From Gammaproteobacteria bacterium (lineage in GTDB: Bacteria > Pseudomonadota > Gammaproteobacteria > JAADHS01): a stretch of DNA of 64,000 nucleotides. Position numbers and translations under genes: made by a program. Below the pieces are notes generated by a model. The model ran no database searches. It worked only from the letters and a program-made list of their open reading frames with translations, and was not told where the DNA came from. Shown here piece by piece: positions 42,439 to 52,584 of this stretch (positions are counted from its first letter, which is position 1; each line of letters begins with the position of its first letter). Location: the NCBI GenBank assembly GCA_013151745.1, contig JAADHS010000078.1, positions 255-64,254 on the forward strand. The letters run 5' to 3'.

Positions 42439-42792
42439 GTGATGAATAAAGCATTTACAAAAAGAGAGCTCACCTTTCAAAATGTTGTATTGTTGGGAAC
42501 AGGGGGGCTCAGTGCTGAGAATCGGCGATCAGGATTTGTTCCTGTGTTTTTAGATACTGAGCGTGCAGAAGTTCACCCATCTTGTTATGCCAATGGACAG
42601 ATAGCAAGTATTCATATTCTCGATGGTTTGCCTGAACATTTAATTCTGGCCAATGAAGCATCGGGGGCGGTGAGCCAAGTCAAAAGAAGTGTCGTTCCCG
42701 GTTTTCTGCGTAAAGGGCAGTTTTATACTCGTGAAGAAGCCGCTAATGTGGTTCAGAGTGAGCTGGCATGTAACCCAATTCCAGTAGGTTAA
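42439..42792 (+). CDS. Conserved hypothetical protein
   Basis: GTGG.S..NR..GF.P.F.D...H.LDGLP...GF.R.G.FYTREEAA pattern. Confidence 0.7.
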   Translation: MMNKAFTKRELTFQNVVLLGTGGLSAENRRSGFVPVFLDTERAEVHPSCYANGQIASIHILDGLPEHLILANEASGAVSQVKRSVVPGFLRKGQFYTREEAANVVQSELACNPIPVG

Positions 42793-43091
42793 TTATCTTG
42801 CAATGTTAATGTTTTAGCTTTGTAGGCGCTAGTCTACAACTTCCTTCGCTATTCTGTGATTATATACTCTCTGTTTATTAATGCGCTGGGCACGACTTAT
42901 TTCGTGCGGACGTTCGTTATGCTTTGTGCGAGAGTCTAATGGTAAGCAGGGTGCGTCTATATTTTTGTCTCTGTAAGCCGACAGGATTAAAGAAGGTAAA
43001 GTTTTATTCGTGTGTTGTCCCCCTGATTTCTAACGTATACAACGCTGCCTCAATACCTCGTGGCGGCTGAAGATTTCATTCTTGTTGCATC

Positions 43092-43457
43092 TTAATCATT
43101 TTTTGCTCCATTTTTTATCCAATGGTAGATTGCCCATTTTTCTTGTTCATTGAGTTTGCCTCCTTTAGGCATGCGTCCTGTTGCAATCATGAAATACAAT
43201 CGGCTTGTTAAAGGTTGCTTTGGTGTTACTACGGTTTGAACACTGTCGTATGATAATAAATAGGGGGGGCGTCCACTGTGACAGTAAACGCAATGTTTAC
43301 GAAAAACATTTTCAACTAACCAGGTATAGGTTGGTTTAATGTCAGAGCTGATAGGTAAATTAGATGGCGGGGCTTGTATTTCAATGGTTTCACAAGAAAC
43401 AACGAATACAAACAAACTGGTTAAAAAAAAGATACATGCTATTTTTTTCATAAACAC
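43092..43457 (-). CDS. Monohaem c-type cytochrome lipoprotein
   Basis: Lipobox VVSC; CVYCH haem motif; distal Met in GRMPKGG; WIKNGA end. Confidence 0.78.
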   Translation of the reverse strand: MFMKKIACIFFLTSLFVFVVSCETIEIQAPPSNLPISSDIKPTYTWLVENVFRKHCVYCHSGRPPYLLSYDSVQTVVTPKQPLTSRLYFMIATGRMPKGGKLNEQEKWAIYHWIKNGAKND

Positions 43458-44220
43458 AATGTTCTTAAAATAAATAAGTTTTAACTGAGGCCGGTTTGTA
43501 TTAGGTTTAGGTGGTTGAAACGATTTTTCGATGTTGTTTTTTTGATTTTTTTGATCGTTATTGTTATTTTATTTCTAGAGTATTGGAGCGAAAGAGTACT
43601 CGATAGCGTACAAATTTACAATCTTTGTTAGGTGTTAAGCTTGCCTTCTTTGAAGGTGGGTGCTCTCAATACGAATCGGTTTGACGTTATAGAACAGAGC
43701 GCCAAACAGAAAAGCTTCATCTCTATCAAAAAATCGGTAAGATTGTAACAATAGACATTGCTCAGTTGTATTAGTGCCTTCTCTGGGTAAAAATACAGCG
43801 AATTTAATTCGAAAATGTGGGTCGTTTTTTTTAGGGTGTCTGTTTAGTTTAAGATTGAATTGTAGAACGGAAAATATAAAAATAGCAATCAATATAAATG
43901 GATGAATATTTCAATATTGATTTGTTAAGGTCTACGATACGGAACAAGTTTCTGACAAAATCATAAGCAGACTCTATTGGCTGAAAAATTAGACGTAGGT
44001 ATTTTTAGAGCGATATATAAGGCTTGAACAGGCTATGTTATGGGTTTATCCTGACTTAGCGGAAGGGAGAAAGAAAGCTTTGTTTGGAATTTTGGTGGGG
44101 CAAGAAAAACGGTAGACACAGGCAAAGTAAGTACTTATACTTATCTTTTTTGTTTTCATAAATTTTGCTGCGCATTATGGAAAGCGGGTTGAAGGCAGTA
44201 GGTGAGTTAACCATAAGTTT

Positions 44221-45222
44221 ATGGAAGGGGGACTGGGCGTGAAGACGAGTGTTTTACAAGATGGACATGTTAGTCATGCTTCTTTCCCTGTTTCGATATG
44301 GCGATTATTGCAATTCATCAGTGTCTCTATCGTGATTGTTTGTATTGTTGGGTTATTTGTCAGGCCTGATCTCACTTTATTTTTTATATGGAACATACTC
44401 ATTCCCGTTGTCCCTCTATTGTTGTTTGTTGCTCCAGGGCTGTGGAGAAACCTTTGCCCTCTCGTAACATTGAATCAATTGCCACGAATGATGGGGTTAG
44501 GAGGTAGCAAGCGTCTATCGCCATGGTTTGTTGCGCACTGCGGCATCATCAGTATTATTTTGTTGTTGATCATTGTGTCATGTCGAAAAATTGTTTTTAA
44601 CGACAATGCTGTTGCGCTTGCTGGTTTGCTGATTTTTCTGGCGCTTATAGCTATATTTATGGGAGTCAGATACAAAGGTAAAAGTGGTTGGTGTACCAGT
44701 TTTTGCCCGATGTTGTCTGTCGAGCGTTTATATGGGCAGGGCGCTGCTCTCGATATTGTTCATAGCCATTGTCAGCCCTGTGTGGGGTGTACTAAACATT
44801 GTGGCGATCTTAAGTCTAAATTGCGAACCTCCTCGCCTGTGCGAGGTAAAGCGCCGATGACCTATCTTATGTTCTTTGCCAGTATCTTTCCGGGTTTTAT
44901 CTTTGCTTATTACCTTGTGCCTGACCCAGTTATGTTGAATTGGTTGGAAATCGGGCGTATGTATGGCTATTTTATAGTTTATTGCTCAATAAGTGCCAGT
45001 ATCTTTTTTTTAGTTAAGGTTTTATTCCGGATCAGTTCAATAAAAATGACCATTTTATATGGTGCTGCTGCATTCAACATATATTACTGGTTTAATGCCC
45101 CGCTGATGGGGTCTCATTTTCCGTTAGATTTTCAAAAGGAAGTCGATATTGCAATCCGCGTGTTGGTTGGTGGATTGTCATTGTTATGGCTGGTACATGC
45201 TTATCGTAAGACCAGCCATTGA
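44221..45222 (+). CDS. Polytopic membrane protein with 4Fe-4S-type Cys motifs
   Basis: WRNLCPL, WCTSFCPM, CQPCVGCTKHC; about 8 TM segments. Confidence 0.72.
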   Translation: MEGGLGVKTSVLQDGHVSHASFPVSIWRLLQFISVSIVIVCIVGLFVRPDLTLFFIWNILIPVVPLLLFVAPGLWRNLCPLVTLNQLPRMMGLGGSKRLSPWFVAHCGIISIILLLIIVSCRKIVFNDNAVALAGLLIFLALIAIFMGVRYKGKSGWCTSFCPMLSVERLYGQGAALDIVHSHCQPCVGCTKHCGDLKSKLRTSSPVRGKAPMTYLMFFASIFPGFIFAYYLVPDPVMLNWLEIGRMYGYFIVYCSISASIFFLVKVLFRISSIKMTILYGAAAFNIYYWFNAPLMGSHFPLDFQKEVDIAIRVLVGGLSLLWLVHAYRKTSH

Positions 45223-45422
45223 GTCGATGCTTTTAGAGGTTAGGGGAGAAGTTATATATGTGCAACCTTCCGGCGCCAGGCACGCCTCCGGCTTTGCCTG
45301 GGGTCGGTGTTTGATCATTTGCCTTGTCCCTAAATGCTAGGGTGTGAGCTATATACATCCATGCAGGCAAAACGTAGGAGCGAGAGTCGTGAAGTTGCTA
45401 AGGTCAGGTTTGTTTGTAAGAT

Positions 45423-45698
45423 TTAGCGACGGCGGCCGCCTCGTTTATTTTTAGGTTCTTCAAAATTGACACGTAGCGATTTACCGGCAAAATCTCTACC
45501 ATTGAGACCGGCAATAGCAGCCCGTGCTTCGTGGCCTTCCATCTCAATAAAACCAAAACCTTTGCATTTATTGGTAAAAACATCCATTGCCAGTTTGATG
45601 GAACGTACAGTTCCATATTCAGAGAAGAGCTCAGTAACTTCACTTTCATTGACGGAGGAGGCCAGATTGCCGACAAAGAGCTTTTTCATAAGTTGCAT
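45423..45698 (-). CDS. RRM-domain RNA-binding protein
   Basis: RNP2 LFVGNL, RNP1 KGFGFIEM, Arg/Gly tail. Confidence 0.92.
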   Translation of the reverse strand: MQLMKKLFVGNLASSVNESEVTELFSEYGTVRSIKLAMDVFTNKCKGFGFIEMEGHEARAAIAGLNGRDFAGKSLRVNFEEPKNKRGGRRR

Positions 45699-45756
45699 CC
45701 TTACAATTCAGGCGTACAAGCACAAAGGCATAAGCGCCAAGCAAAAAAAGCGTATT

Positions 45757-45781
45757 AAAAAGCCCTGACTAGCAGGGCTTT
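45757..45781 (-). terminator. Rho-independent terminator after csp gene
   Basis: aaagccctg-actag-cagggcttt hairpin with minus-strand T run. Confidence 0.75.
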
Positions 45782-45798
45782 AAATTACAAGATCTAAA

Positions 45799-46002
45799 TT
45801 ATTGAGGCTGAACTTGAGCAGCCTGCAGACCTTTAGGGCCGCTTTCTACTTCATAATTTACAGTTTGGCCTTCAGCCAGAGTTTTAAAACCGTCACCAAC
45901 AATTGCGCGAAAATGTACAAAGACGTCTTCGCTACCATCATTAGGGCTGATAAAACCAAATCCTTTTGATTCGTTGAACCATTTAACTGTACCGGTATTC
46001 AT
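45799..46002 (-). CDS. Cold-shock protein (CspA family)
   Basis: [28 protein letters not shown]. Confidence 0.96.
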   Translation of the reverse strand: MNTGTVKWFNESKGFGFISPNDGSEDVFVHFRAIVGDGFKTLAEGQTVNYEVESGPKGLQAAQVQPQ

Positions 46003-46287
46003 TGATATATATCCTCAAAACTAAAAAAACAAATAAAACAGCATGTCGATGACGCAATGAGGATTCAGAGAGGTGCCAAATGGTAATCTAAGAAAGCCAG
46101 CTATGAGTCAACGCAGGCGGAAGCACTATAGCCTATTTCCCAGAAAAAATCTAAATTATTTTATAATGATTTTTTAAGGTTGCTTGAAGTGGATCCTGTC
46201 AGCTCAAAACCACTCTAATAGTATTTGTATTATTGTCTAGATTTAATTTGGAGTAGGGCTGGGTCGCTGGGATCTCGTTTTTATCGT

Positions 46288-47562
46288 TTAACGGGTCTGT
46301 TTATTTCTTGTCGAGTTCTTGCTGTCTGATTGCGCTCTTCTTCGTCGAGGTTTTGTGTGTGCTTTAGTTTTTGCCTTTTTTCCTCGTGATGGCGTTCCTT
46401 TTTTCCCTAATTGAGTGGTAGGTAGGGTATGGCTGGGTGTAAAACCATCGATCAATATGCGTGGTAATAATTTTCCAATCAAGTTTTCTATGTCGGATAA
46501 AACATCCACCTCGTCGGCACAAACTAGAGAAATAGCTTCTCCAGAGGCGCCAGCCCGGCCCGTTCGGCCAATTCTATGTACATAATTTTCAGCGACATCA
46601 GGTAAATCAAAATTAATAACATGAGGTAATTCAGAGATATCAATACCCCTTGCTGCGATATCAGTTGCGACTAGGATTTTTATTTCGCCTTTCTTAAAGC
46701 CGGCTAAAGCTCGCGTACGAGCACCCTGACTTTTGTCGCCGTGAATGGCTGCGGCATGAATTTTTTTTGTTTCCAGTTGTTTCACTAAACGGTTTGCGCC
46801 ATGTTTGGTTCGTGAAAAAACCAAGACCTGATCCCAGTTATTTTCCCGAATTAAATGGGTTAACAACCGAGGTTTATCTTTTTTATCTACCGGATGTATG
46901 ATTTGTTTGACTGTGGTAGCGGTGGTATTGCGTGGGCTGACCTCTATTTCTACTGGATTGTGGAGCAGTCCTTTGGTTAACTTGCGAATGTCGTTTGAAA
47001 ATGTTGCGGAAAACATTAAGTTTTGCCGGTTTTTAGGCAGTAGGGCTAATATTTTACGAATGTCATTGATGAAGCCCATATCAAGCATGCGGTCTGCTTC
47101 ATCTAATACCAAAATTTCTAACTCGTTAAATTTGATGGCGTTTTGGTTACATAGGTCCATTAAACGACCCGGGGTGGCAACCAAAACATCAACACCACGT
47201 CGCAATTGCATCATTTGGGGATTAATCTTAACTCCACCAAACACGACGCTAGAACGCAAAGAAAGATATTTGGCATATTGTTTGACGCTCTCGTTAACTT
47301 GGGCTGCAAGCTCACGGGTTGGAGTTAAGACTAATGCTCTTACTCTGTTTGGCTTGGCGCACGACCCTTTGACGAGACGCTGCAATAGTGGCAAGGTGAA
47401 ACCTGCGGTTTTCCCTGTTCCTGTCTGCGCTGCCGCCATAACATCTCGCCCGGCGAGAATAGAAGGAATGACTTGAGCCTGTATAGAAGTTGGTTTTTCG
47501 TAGCCTTTGTCGTGTAGTGCTTGTAAAAGAGGGGCAGATAAACCTAGAGAGGAGAACGTCAT
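46288..47562 (-). CDS. rhlE: DEAD-box ATP-dependent RNA helicase RhlE
   Basis: [36 protein letters not shown]; [13 protein letters not shown] typical of RhlE. Confidence 0.92.
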   Translation of the reverse strand: MTFSSLGLSAPLLQALHDKGYEKPTSIQAQVIPSILAGRDVMAAAQTGTGKTAGFTLPLLQRLVKGSCAKPNRVRALVLTPTRELAAQVNESVKQYAKYLSLRSSVVFGGVKINPQMMQLRRGVDVLVATPGRLMDLCNQNAIKFNELEILVLDEADRMLDMGFINDIRKILALLPKNRQNLMFSATFSNDIRKLTKGLLHNPVEIEVSPRNTTATTVKQIIHPVDKKDKPRLLTHLIRENNWDQVLVFSRTKHGANRLVKQLETKKIHAAAIHGDKSQGARTRALAGFKKGEIKILVATDIAARGIDISELPHVINFDLPDVAENYVHRIGRTGRAGASGEAISLVCADEVDVLSDIENLIGKLLPRILIDGFTPSHTLPTTQLGKKGTPSRGKKAKTKAHTKPRRRRAQSDSKNSTRNKQTR

Positions 47563-47767
47563 AAATTACCTATATTTACCCCTATTTGGTTTAATCCAAT
47601 AGGGGAATAAACTTGTTGTGTTTGCAGAATATAATTGACTCATCTGGCATTGCAACGAATCCAGCCGAGTCGATTTTTAATGGCGTTGTGTTGCTATTGA
47701 GTGCGCTTTGAATGTGTTTCTAGTGTTGTATTGAGGGCAAAACGTATTTTACCTCATTCTGTTTTAG

Positions 47768-47843
47768 TGGTGGCCAGGGACAGAATCGAACTGCCGACAC
47801 GGGGATTTTCAGTCCCCTGCTCTACCGACTGAGCTACCTGGCC
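47768..47843 (-). tRNA. tRNA-Phe (GAA)
   Basis: GGCCAGGTAGCTCAGTCGGTAGAGCAGGGGA-CTGAAAA-TCCCCGTGTCGGCAGTTCGATTCTGTCCCTGGCCACCA, 76 nt. Confidence 0.97.
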
Positions 47844-48065
47844 ATTGAGGCGTGTACCGAGTGTGATGACTTCAGTTTGACTTTTGATTTGTCTGTTTCA
47901 ACGAAAGTCCGCTATTAAACCGATCTCAAGGCTCTGAGTCAAGGGGTAATGTCATTTATTTCTTTTCTTTAGGGTGATTTTGTCCTAAAACCCTGATTTC
48001 TGCCTAATGTTTGAAGCGGATGGTAGAATAAATACTTTTGAATTGACTGAAATAGGTATGTAGTC

Positions 48066-49052
48066 GTGTTAGGTTTTTTTACCATGGGAACGATGTTGTT
48101 ATTGGTTTCGGCATTGGTTTTTGCACAGGAGCATGAAGATCAATGTATTCATTGTCATGTGGAGCCGCCGCATTTGTCAGGAGGTGAGGCATGCCAGACC
48201 TGTCATGGCGCCGAGTTTGATCCATCTCATGGCAAGAAGAGGGTCGTATTAGATCAACCTCTCTTTAAAGCAAACAAGTCGAGCGTGGCCTCTACGAATT
48301 TATTGCCACCGGGCATGAGTGTGCCTATGTATTATCCGAAGTCTCGTTTAGGTGACGCACCTAATGAAATGATTGTGATTCCTGCGGGTGATTTTATTCG
48401 AGGAACCAACGACCGCCTTGCCGATGAAGGGCCGGAGCATGTGGTTCACCTCGACGAGTATTTCATCGATAAATTTGAAGTGACTAATTTACAATACAAG
48501 CGTTATATTGATGATGTGGGGCGGCGAGCGCCAGAGCATTTTGATGAACGTCAAGTTCCTGAGGGTAAAGCGGATCACCCGGTGACCTTTGTGAGTTGGA
48601 AAAATGCGCAGACTTATTGTCAATGGGCAGGAAAGCGCTTGCCAACGGATCAAGAATGGGAAAAAGCGGCTAGAGGTCTTGATGCTCGTACCTTTCCGTG
48701 GGGTAATGAGTTTGAGATGCACAATGCCAATACACCGGTGAGATGGGAGACTTTGGGTGAAGAGGGCGATACGTCTCCTGTCGGGGCTTTTGCTGCAGGG
48801 AAGAGTCCCTATGGTCTTTACGATGTGTCGGGTAATGTGTGGGAATGGACGGATGCTTGGTACATGGCGTATCCCAATAATATGCGGCAGACGGAAAACT
48901 ATGGGAAAAAATATCGTACCTTGAAAGGCGGATCGTGGTGGGATTGCTCGTTTTATAAGTGTGGAATTTCTGCTCCGGTTTATAATCGCAGTTTTTTTAA
49001 TCCTAAAGTGAAAAATTCCAGTTTTGGGTTTCGCTGTGCAAAAGATGCTTAG
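48066..49052 (+). CDS. Exported dihaem cytochrome c + FGE/SUMF1-domain protein
   Basis: Signal peptide; CIHCH and CQTCH; FEVTN, RLPTDQEWEKAARG, GNVWEWT, KGGSW, GFRCAKD. Confidence 0.85.
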   Translation: MLGFFTMGTMLLLVSALVFAQEHEDQCIHCHVEPPHLSGGEACQTCHGAEFDPSHGKKRVVLDQPLFKANKSSVASTNLLPPGMSVPMYYPKSRLGDAPNEMIVIPAGDFIRGTNDRLADEGPEHVVHLDEYFIDKFEVTNLQYKRYIDDVGRRAPEHFDERQVPEGKADHPVTFVSWKNAQTYCQWAGKRLPTDQEWEKAARGLDARTFPWGNEFEMHNANTPVRWETLGEEGDTSPVGAFAAGKSPYGLYDVSGNVWEWTDAWYMAYPNNMRQTENYGKKYRTLKGGSWWDCSFYKCGISAPVYNRSFFNPKVKNSSFGFRCAKDA

Positions 49053-49056
49053 AGTG

Positions 49057-50019
49057 ATGGCTGAAAAAGTAAAAAAAACAAGTCAGCTATTTTGGATGCT
49101 GCTCGTGTTGTTGGCGCTGATGGCGTGTAGCTCTGATGAGAAGGAGCAAAAAGAGGTCTTGTTAGAACCGGATATGGCCTATATTCCATCTGGTTCTTTT
49201 ATTATGGGAAGTGATAAAAAAGATGAAGCGAATATACAAAAAGAATTCGGTTTTGTTGATCCGTTATTTGAAAATGAACATCCAGAACACCAGGTCACGT
49301 TGGCTGGTTTTCATCTCGATTTGAGAGAAGTTAGCAATGCCGATTACAAAAAGTTTGTTGTGGAGACAAAATATCCGGATCCCGTAGCCTGGATACAGAA
49401 TGGCTATAACGTTCATTGGGATGTTCTGGAGCAGTCAACGTTGGAGCGTTTGCAATCTATAGCCAATGACTATTTTAAACTGGATAGGGATACGTCGGCT
49501 ATGTCTAAAGAGTCTTTATTGAAAGACATTGCTGCATTGCAACGCCAGCGTGATCAGCTCCCGGTGATGGGGATCAATTGGTATGATGCTTATAGTTATT
49601 GTCAGTGGGAAAAAAAGCGTTTGCCGACAGAACAAGAATGGGAGAAAGCGGCGCGGGGTTCGCAAGGAAATATCTATCCGTGGGGCAATGAATGGCGCGA
49701 AGAGTTAACCAATACCGGGGAAGCTGGGGAACAAAAAACGACCTTGCTTGCCGTGGGTTCAGTGACAGGAGACCGTTCACCTTACGGTGTGTTTGATATG
49801 GGTGGGAACGTTTCAGAGTGGACGGATAGTTGGTATCGAGCTTATCCGGGTTCAAAGCATACGAGCGAAATCTATGGCGACTTTCATAGAGTCATTCGTG
49901 GCGGGGGTGCTGGGGTGGGGCACTATGCAATCAGTACTTTTTTTCGGGCAAGCAAACGGGGGCATGCTGATCCTTCGTCGCTGAGTACCGATGTGGGTTT
50001 CCGTTGTGCAAAAGATTGA
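49057..50019 (+). CDS. FGE/SUMF1-domain lipoprotein
   Basis: Lipobox LMAC; RLPTEQEWEKAARG, GNVSEWT, GFRCAKD. Confidence 0.85.
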   Translation: MAEKVKKTSQLFWMLLVLLALMACSSDEKEQKEVLLEPDMAYIPSGSFIMGSDKKDEANIQKEFGFVDPLFENEHPEHQVTLAGFHLDLREVSNADYKKFVVETKYPDPVAWIQNGYNVHWDVLEQSTLERLQSIANDYFKLDRDTSAMSKESLLKDIAALQRQRDQLPVMGINWYDAYSYCQWEKKRLPTEQEWEKAARGSQGNIYPWGNEWREELTNTGEAGEQKTTLLAVGSVTGDRSPYGVFDMGGNVSEWTDSWYRAYPGSKHTSEIYGDFHRVIRGGGAGVGHYAISTFFRASKRGHADPSSLSTDVGFRCAKD

Positions 50020-50029
50020 ACGTAACCAT

Positions 50030-50150
50030 TCAGACCCCTCTGAAATTTGTCATTTCTACGTTTACCCTCAAGGGGCGCCTAGGAAAAATGATTATTTGCA
50101 CTTTTAAGTTCACGCAATCGCCCTGAATTGACAAATTCAGAGGGGGCTGA
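50030..50150. mobile_element. Palindromic MITE-like element (family III)
   Basis: TIRs tcagacccctctgaaatttgtca / tgacaaattcagagggggctga; contains taccctcaaggggcgc. Confidence 0.75.
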
Positions 50151-50201
50151 AACGGTTCGGTTCCGGTTGAGCAGTTGGTGTGAGGGCGTTATTACGTGCC
50201 C

Positions 50202-50477
50202 TTAGGCATCAGGTGGCACAAAGCCTTCAGGGGTAGTGCCGCCTTCTTCACTGAAAAAGAATTTTTCCATTTCAGTCTCCAGAAATTCCCGTGATTTAGG
50301 GTCGATGGTGGACAGGCGATATTCGTTAATTAACATTGTTTGCTGGCTTAACCACAGTTTCCAGGCTTCTTTGCTGACGTTAGCGAAGATTTTTTTCCCC
50401 AGGTCACCTGGGTAAGGTACAAACTCAAGACCTTCTGCTTCTTTATCGAGTTTTACGCAGTGTACATTGCGTGACAT
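50202..50477 (-). CDS. yggX: Fe(II)-trafficking/oxidative damage protection protein YggX
   Basis: [15 protein letters not shown]...PYPG.LG..I...VSKEAW..W...QTMLINE; follows mutY. Confidence 0.95.
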   Translation of the reverse strand: MSRNVHCVKLDKEAEGLEFVPYPGDLGKKIFANVSKEAWKLWLSQQTMLINEYRLSTIDPKSREFLETEMEKFFFSEEGGTTPEGFVPPDA

Positions 50478-51513
50478 AGAATTCTCCGTTTTTAGTCAGT
50501 TTACTCTGCAGCTGAATGAGCAGTTTTTTTGTTGGTGCTGCCAATCCTAAATTGATTGCGGTTTCTATATTGTACCAAGCGTATTCATCTTCGGCCACAT
50601 AGTTGTCGTAATTTTTTGTGGTCGCCAGGATAGGCGTGATGTCTAAATGGAAGTGGGTGAACGTATGTCGGAAACCAGGCCATATTTCTTTTTTAGTGAT
50701 GTTTTTACTCAGGCTAGGTGATAAAGCTGTTTCTGGAAAGCACCATAGTCCGCCCCAAATACCGGTTGGCGCTCTTTTTTCCATCAAGATTTGATGATTT
50801 GAATTGCATAACATTAAAAAGGTAGTGTTGCGTATAGGACGTTTTTTCCGTGTTTTAGGGGTAGGCAATTGTTCTTGTATTTGTTGTTGATGTGCAATGC
50901 AAAGCTGGCTAAGAGGGCAGAGTTTACAGTGGGGGATTTTTCGTGTGCAGATTGTTGCGCCTAAATCCATAATGGCTTGAGTGTAATGCTTCGCATTTTT
51001 TTTTGGCGTGTGCTGTGCGGCGAAGACCCATAGTTGTGTCTCTATAGATTTTTTGCCCGGCCATCCTTCAATAGCATGGAGGCGAGTCAGTACGCGTTTA
51101 ACATTGCCATCAAGGATGGGATGAGGTTGGTTCAAAGCCAGTGATAAAATAGCCCCTGCTGTTGAGCGCCCAATGCCAGGTAAAGCGACGACATCAGCTA
51201 AATTTGTCGGAAATAGGCCGTCATGTTGAGAGGCTATGCTTTGTGCAGCACGGTGTAAATTTCGCGCTCGAGCGTAATAGCCTAAGCCAGACCAGAGTTG
51301 CAAAACATCATCAACGGGTGCCGCCGCCAGTGTTGCGATAGTCGGAAAATGTTGTATAAAATTTTTATAGTAAGGGATGACAGTGGTGACCTGTGTTTGC
51401 TGTAACATGATTTCAGAAATCCATACACGATAAAGTGTCGGGTTTTGTTGCCATGGCAGGTTGTGACGTCCATGCTGGTGAAACCAGGCGAGTAGTGGTT
51501 TATTAATTTTCAT
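50443..51513 (-). CDS. mutY: A/G-specific adenine glycosylase
   Basis: [42 protein letters not shown]6-C-X2-C-X5-C. Confidence 0.96.
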   Translation of the reverse strand: MKINKPLLAWFHQHGRHNLPWQQNPTLYRVWISEIMLQQTQVTTVIPYYKNFIQHFPTIATLAAAPVDDVLQLWSGLGYYARARNLHRAAQSIASQHDGLFPTNLADVVALPGIGRSTAGAILSLALNQPHPILDGNVKRVLTRLHAIEGWPGKKSIETQLWVFAAQHTPKKNAKHYTQAIMDLGATICTRKIPHCKLCPLSQLCIAHQQQIQEQLPTPKTRKKRPIRNTTFLMLCNSNHQILMEKRAPTGIWGGLWCFPETALSPSLSKNITKKEIWPGFRHTFTHFHLDITPILATTKNYDNYVAEDEYAWYNIETAINLGLAAPTKKLLIQLQSKLTKNGEFYVTQCTLRKTR

Positions 51514-51617
51514 TATTTTGTTAATTGTTAAGGCGGATAAAGTTTTTATGTGGGTATGGTACTCTTGTATATTGCATAATTAAAAATTGTTTTTAGTCAT
51601 CATCAAATGTTTTATTC

Positions 51618-51805
51618 TAGCTCCCATTTTTCACAGAGACGCGCGAAAATCGCGCAATAGATTGTTTTCACAATGGAGAGGGTGAACGAAAGGAATAACC
51701 GTGTCTATTTGCCAGTGAACACCGTGGTACTCCCTTGAGGGGCGAGATTTATTGTAAAAAAATAAGCGAGCGAGCTTGTGTGGATCCGGTGAGCAATACG
51801 GGCGA
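51618..51805 (+). mobile_element. Degenerate MITE-like element (family IV)
   Basis: First 60 bp or so homologous to 54109 onward (cacagRgacgcgcgaaaatcRcgcaRtagatt); degenerate TIR tagctcccatttttcac / gtgagcaatacgggcga. Confidence 0.65.
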
Positions 51806-51859
51806 GCAGTCCGGATTGAAAATAATTGCTGAGTTGTGATGTTTGAAATAACATAAGGA

Positions 51860-52240
51860 GTGGAGATGCCTGTTGCAGATTCCTGTGTGCTGAAAGTGAC
51901 GGCTCAACAAACAAAAACACAAGAGGGTATTTTCTATTTTACGCGGTTTTCTTCGACAGACCGTGTTGGGAGAGCGTTGAAAATACTGGGTATTTGTTGG
52001 CTGATTGCGGGTGTTACGGTTTTTATCCCGCTCGCGCACTTTGTCCTAGTTCCCGGTTTTTTTATTGCAGGCCCTGTGATGGCGATAATGAGGTACAAAG
52101 TGGATAAGGCGGCTGAAAAAGTGGCAGTACAATGTCCGGAATGCGGTCAAAATGTAGAAATTCAGATGGAGGCTCAAGATTGGCCGCCTCTGTATACCTA
52201 CTGTCCAGAATGTAACACCAGTGTGCAGTTAACCGAATAA
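51860..52240 (+). CDS. Hypothetical membrane protein with Zn-ribbon
   Basis: Two TM segments then CPECG...CPEC. Confidence 0.75.
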   Translation: MEMPVADSCVLKVTAQQTKTQEGIFYFTRFSSTDRVGRALKILGICWLIAGVTVFIPLAHFVLVPGFFIAGPVMAIMRYKVDKAAEKVAVQCPECGQNVEIQMEAQDWPPLYTYCPECNTSVQLTE

Positions 52241-52273
52241 ATTGAATAATATTGCAGTTGGAGAGGTATTTGT

Positions 52274-52372
52274 GTGCGTAGTATAATGGTCACTATCATT
52301 CTAGGTATTTTGCTTGTATCAGGAGCGGTCACTATCTTTTTAGGTTTATATTTATTCGGAATAATTGGTTAA
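52274..52372 (+). CDS. Small hydrophobic peptide (32 aa, not in ORF track)
   Basis: GGAGAGG RBS 7 nt before GTG; MRSIMVTIILGILLVSGAVTIFLGLYLFGIIG; stop 4 nt before thiS ATG. Confidence 0.5.
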   Translation: MRSIMVTIILGILLVSGAVTIFLGLYLFGIIG

Positions 52373-52376
52373 AAAA

Positions 52377-52577
52377 ATGGAAATCAGAGTCAATGGCGAG
52401 ACGCGTAATGTGGCTTCGATTTACACTGTCGCTGATCTTATTCAAGATATGGATTTAGGGCGGCGACGTTTCGCGGTTGAAGTGAATCGAAAAATTATTC
52501 CTCGAGGTCAGCATGAAAAATACCTGTTGCAATCTCAAGATCAGATAGAAATTGTACATGCGATTGGGGGAGGGTAA
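52377..52577 (+). CDS. thiS: Sulfur carrier protein ThiS
   Basis: 66 aa, AVEVN..IIPR, ends IVHAIGGG; upstream of thiG. Confidence 0.95.
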   Translation: MEIRVNGETRNVASIYTVADLIQDMDLGRRRFAVEVNRKIIPRGQHEKYLLQSQDQIEIVHAIGGG

Positions 52578-52584
52578 AAAAGGT

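Noticed and set aside
43635-43892. 85 aa minus-strand ORF
   Set aside because: Weak start, no RBS or recognisable motif, AT-rich intergenic context
31691-47767. Single integrative island bounded by tRNA-Phe
   Set aside because: No integrase and no duplicated tRNA 3' end seen; content looks like a mosaic of accessory genes
52241-52376. TPP riboswitch before thiS
   Set aside because: No CTGAGA or other TPP aptamer signature
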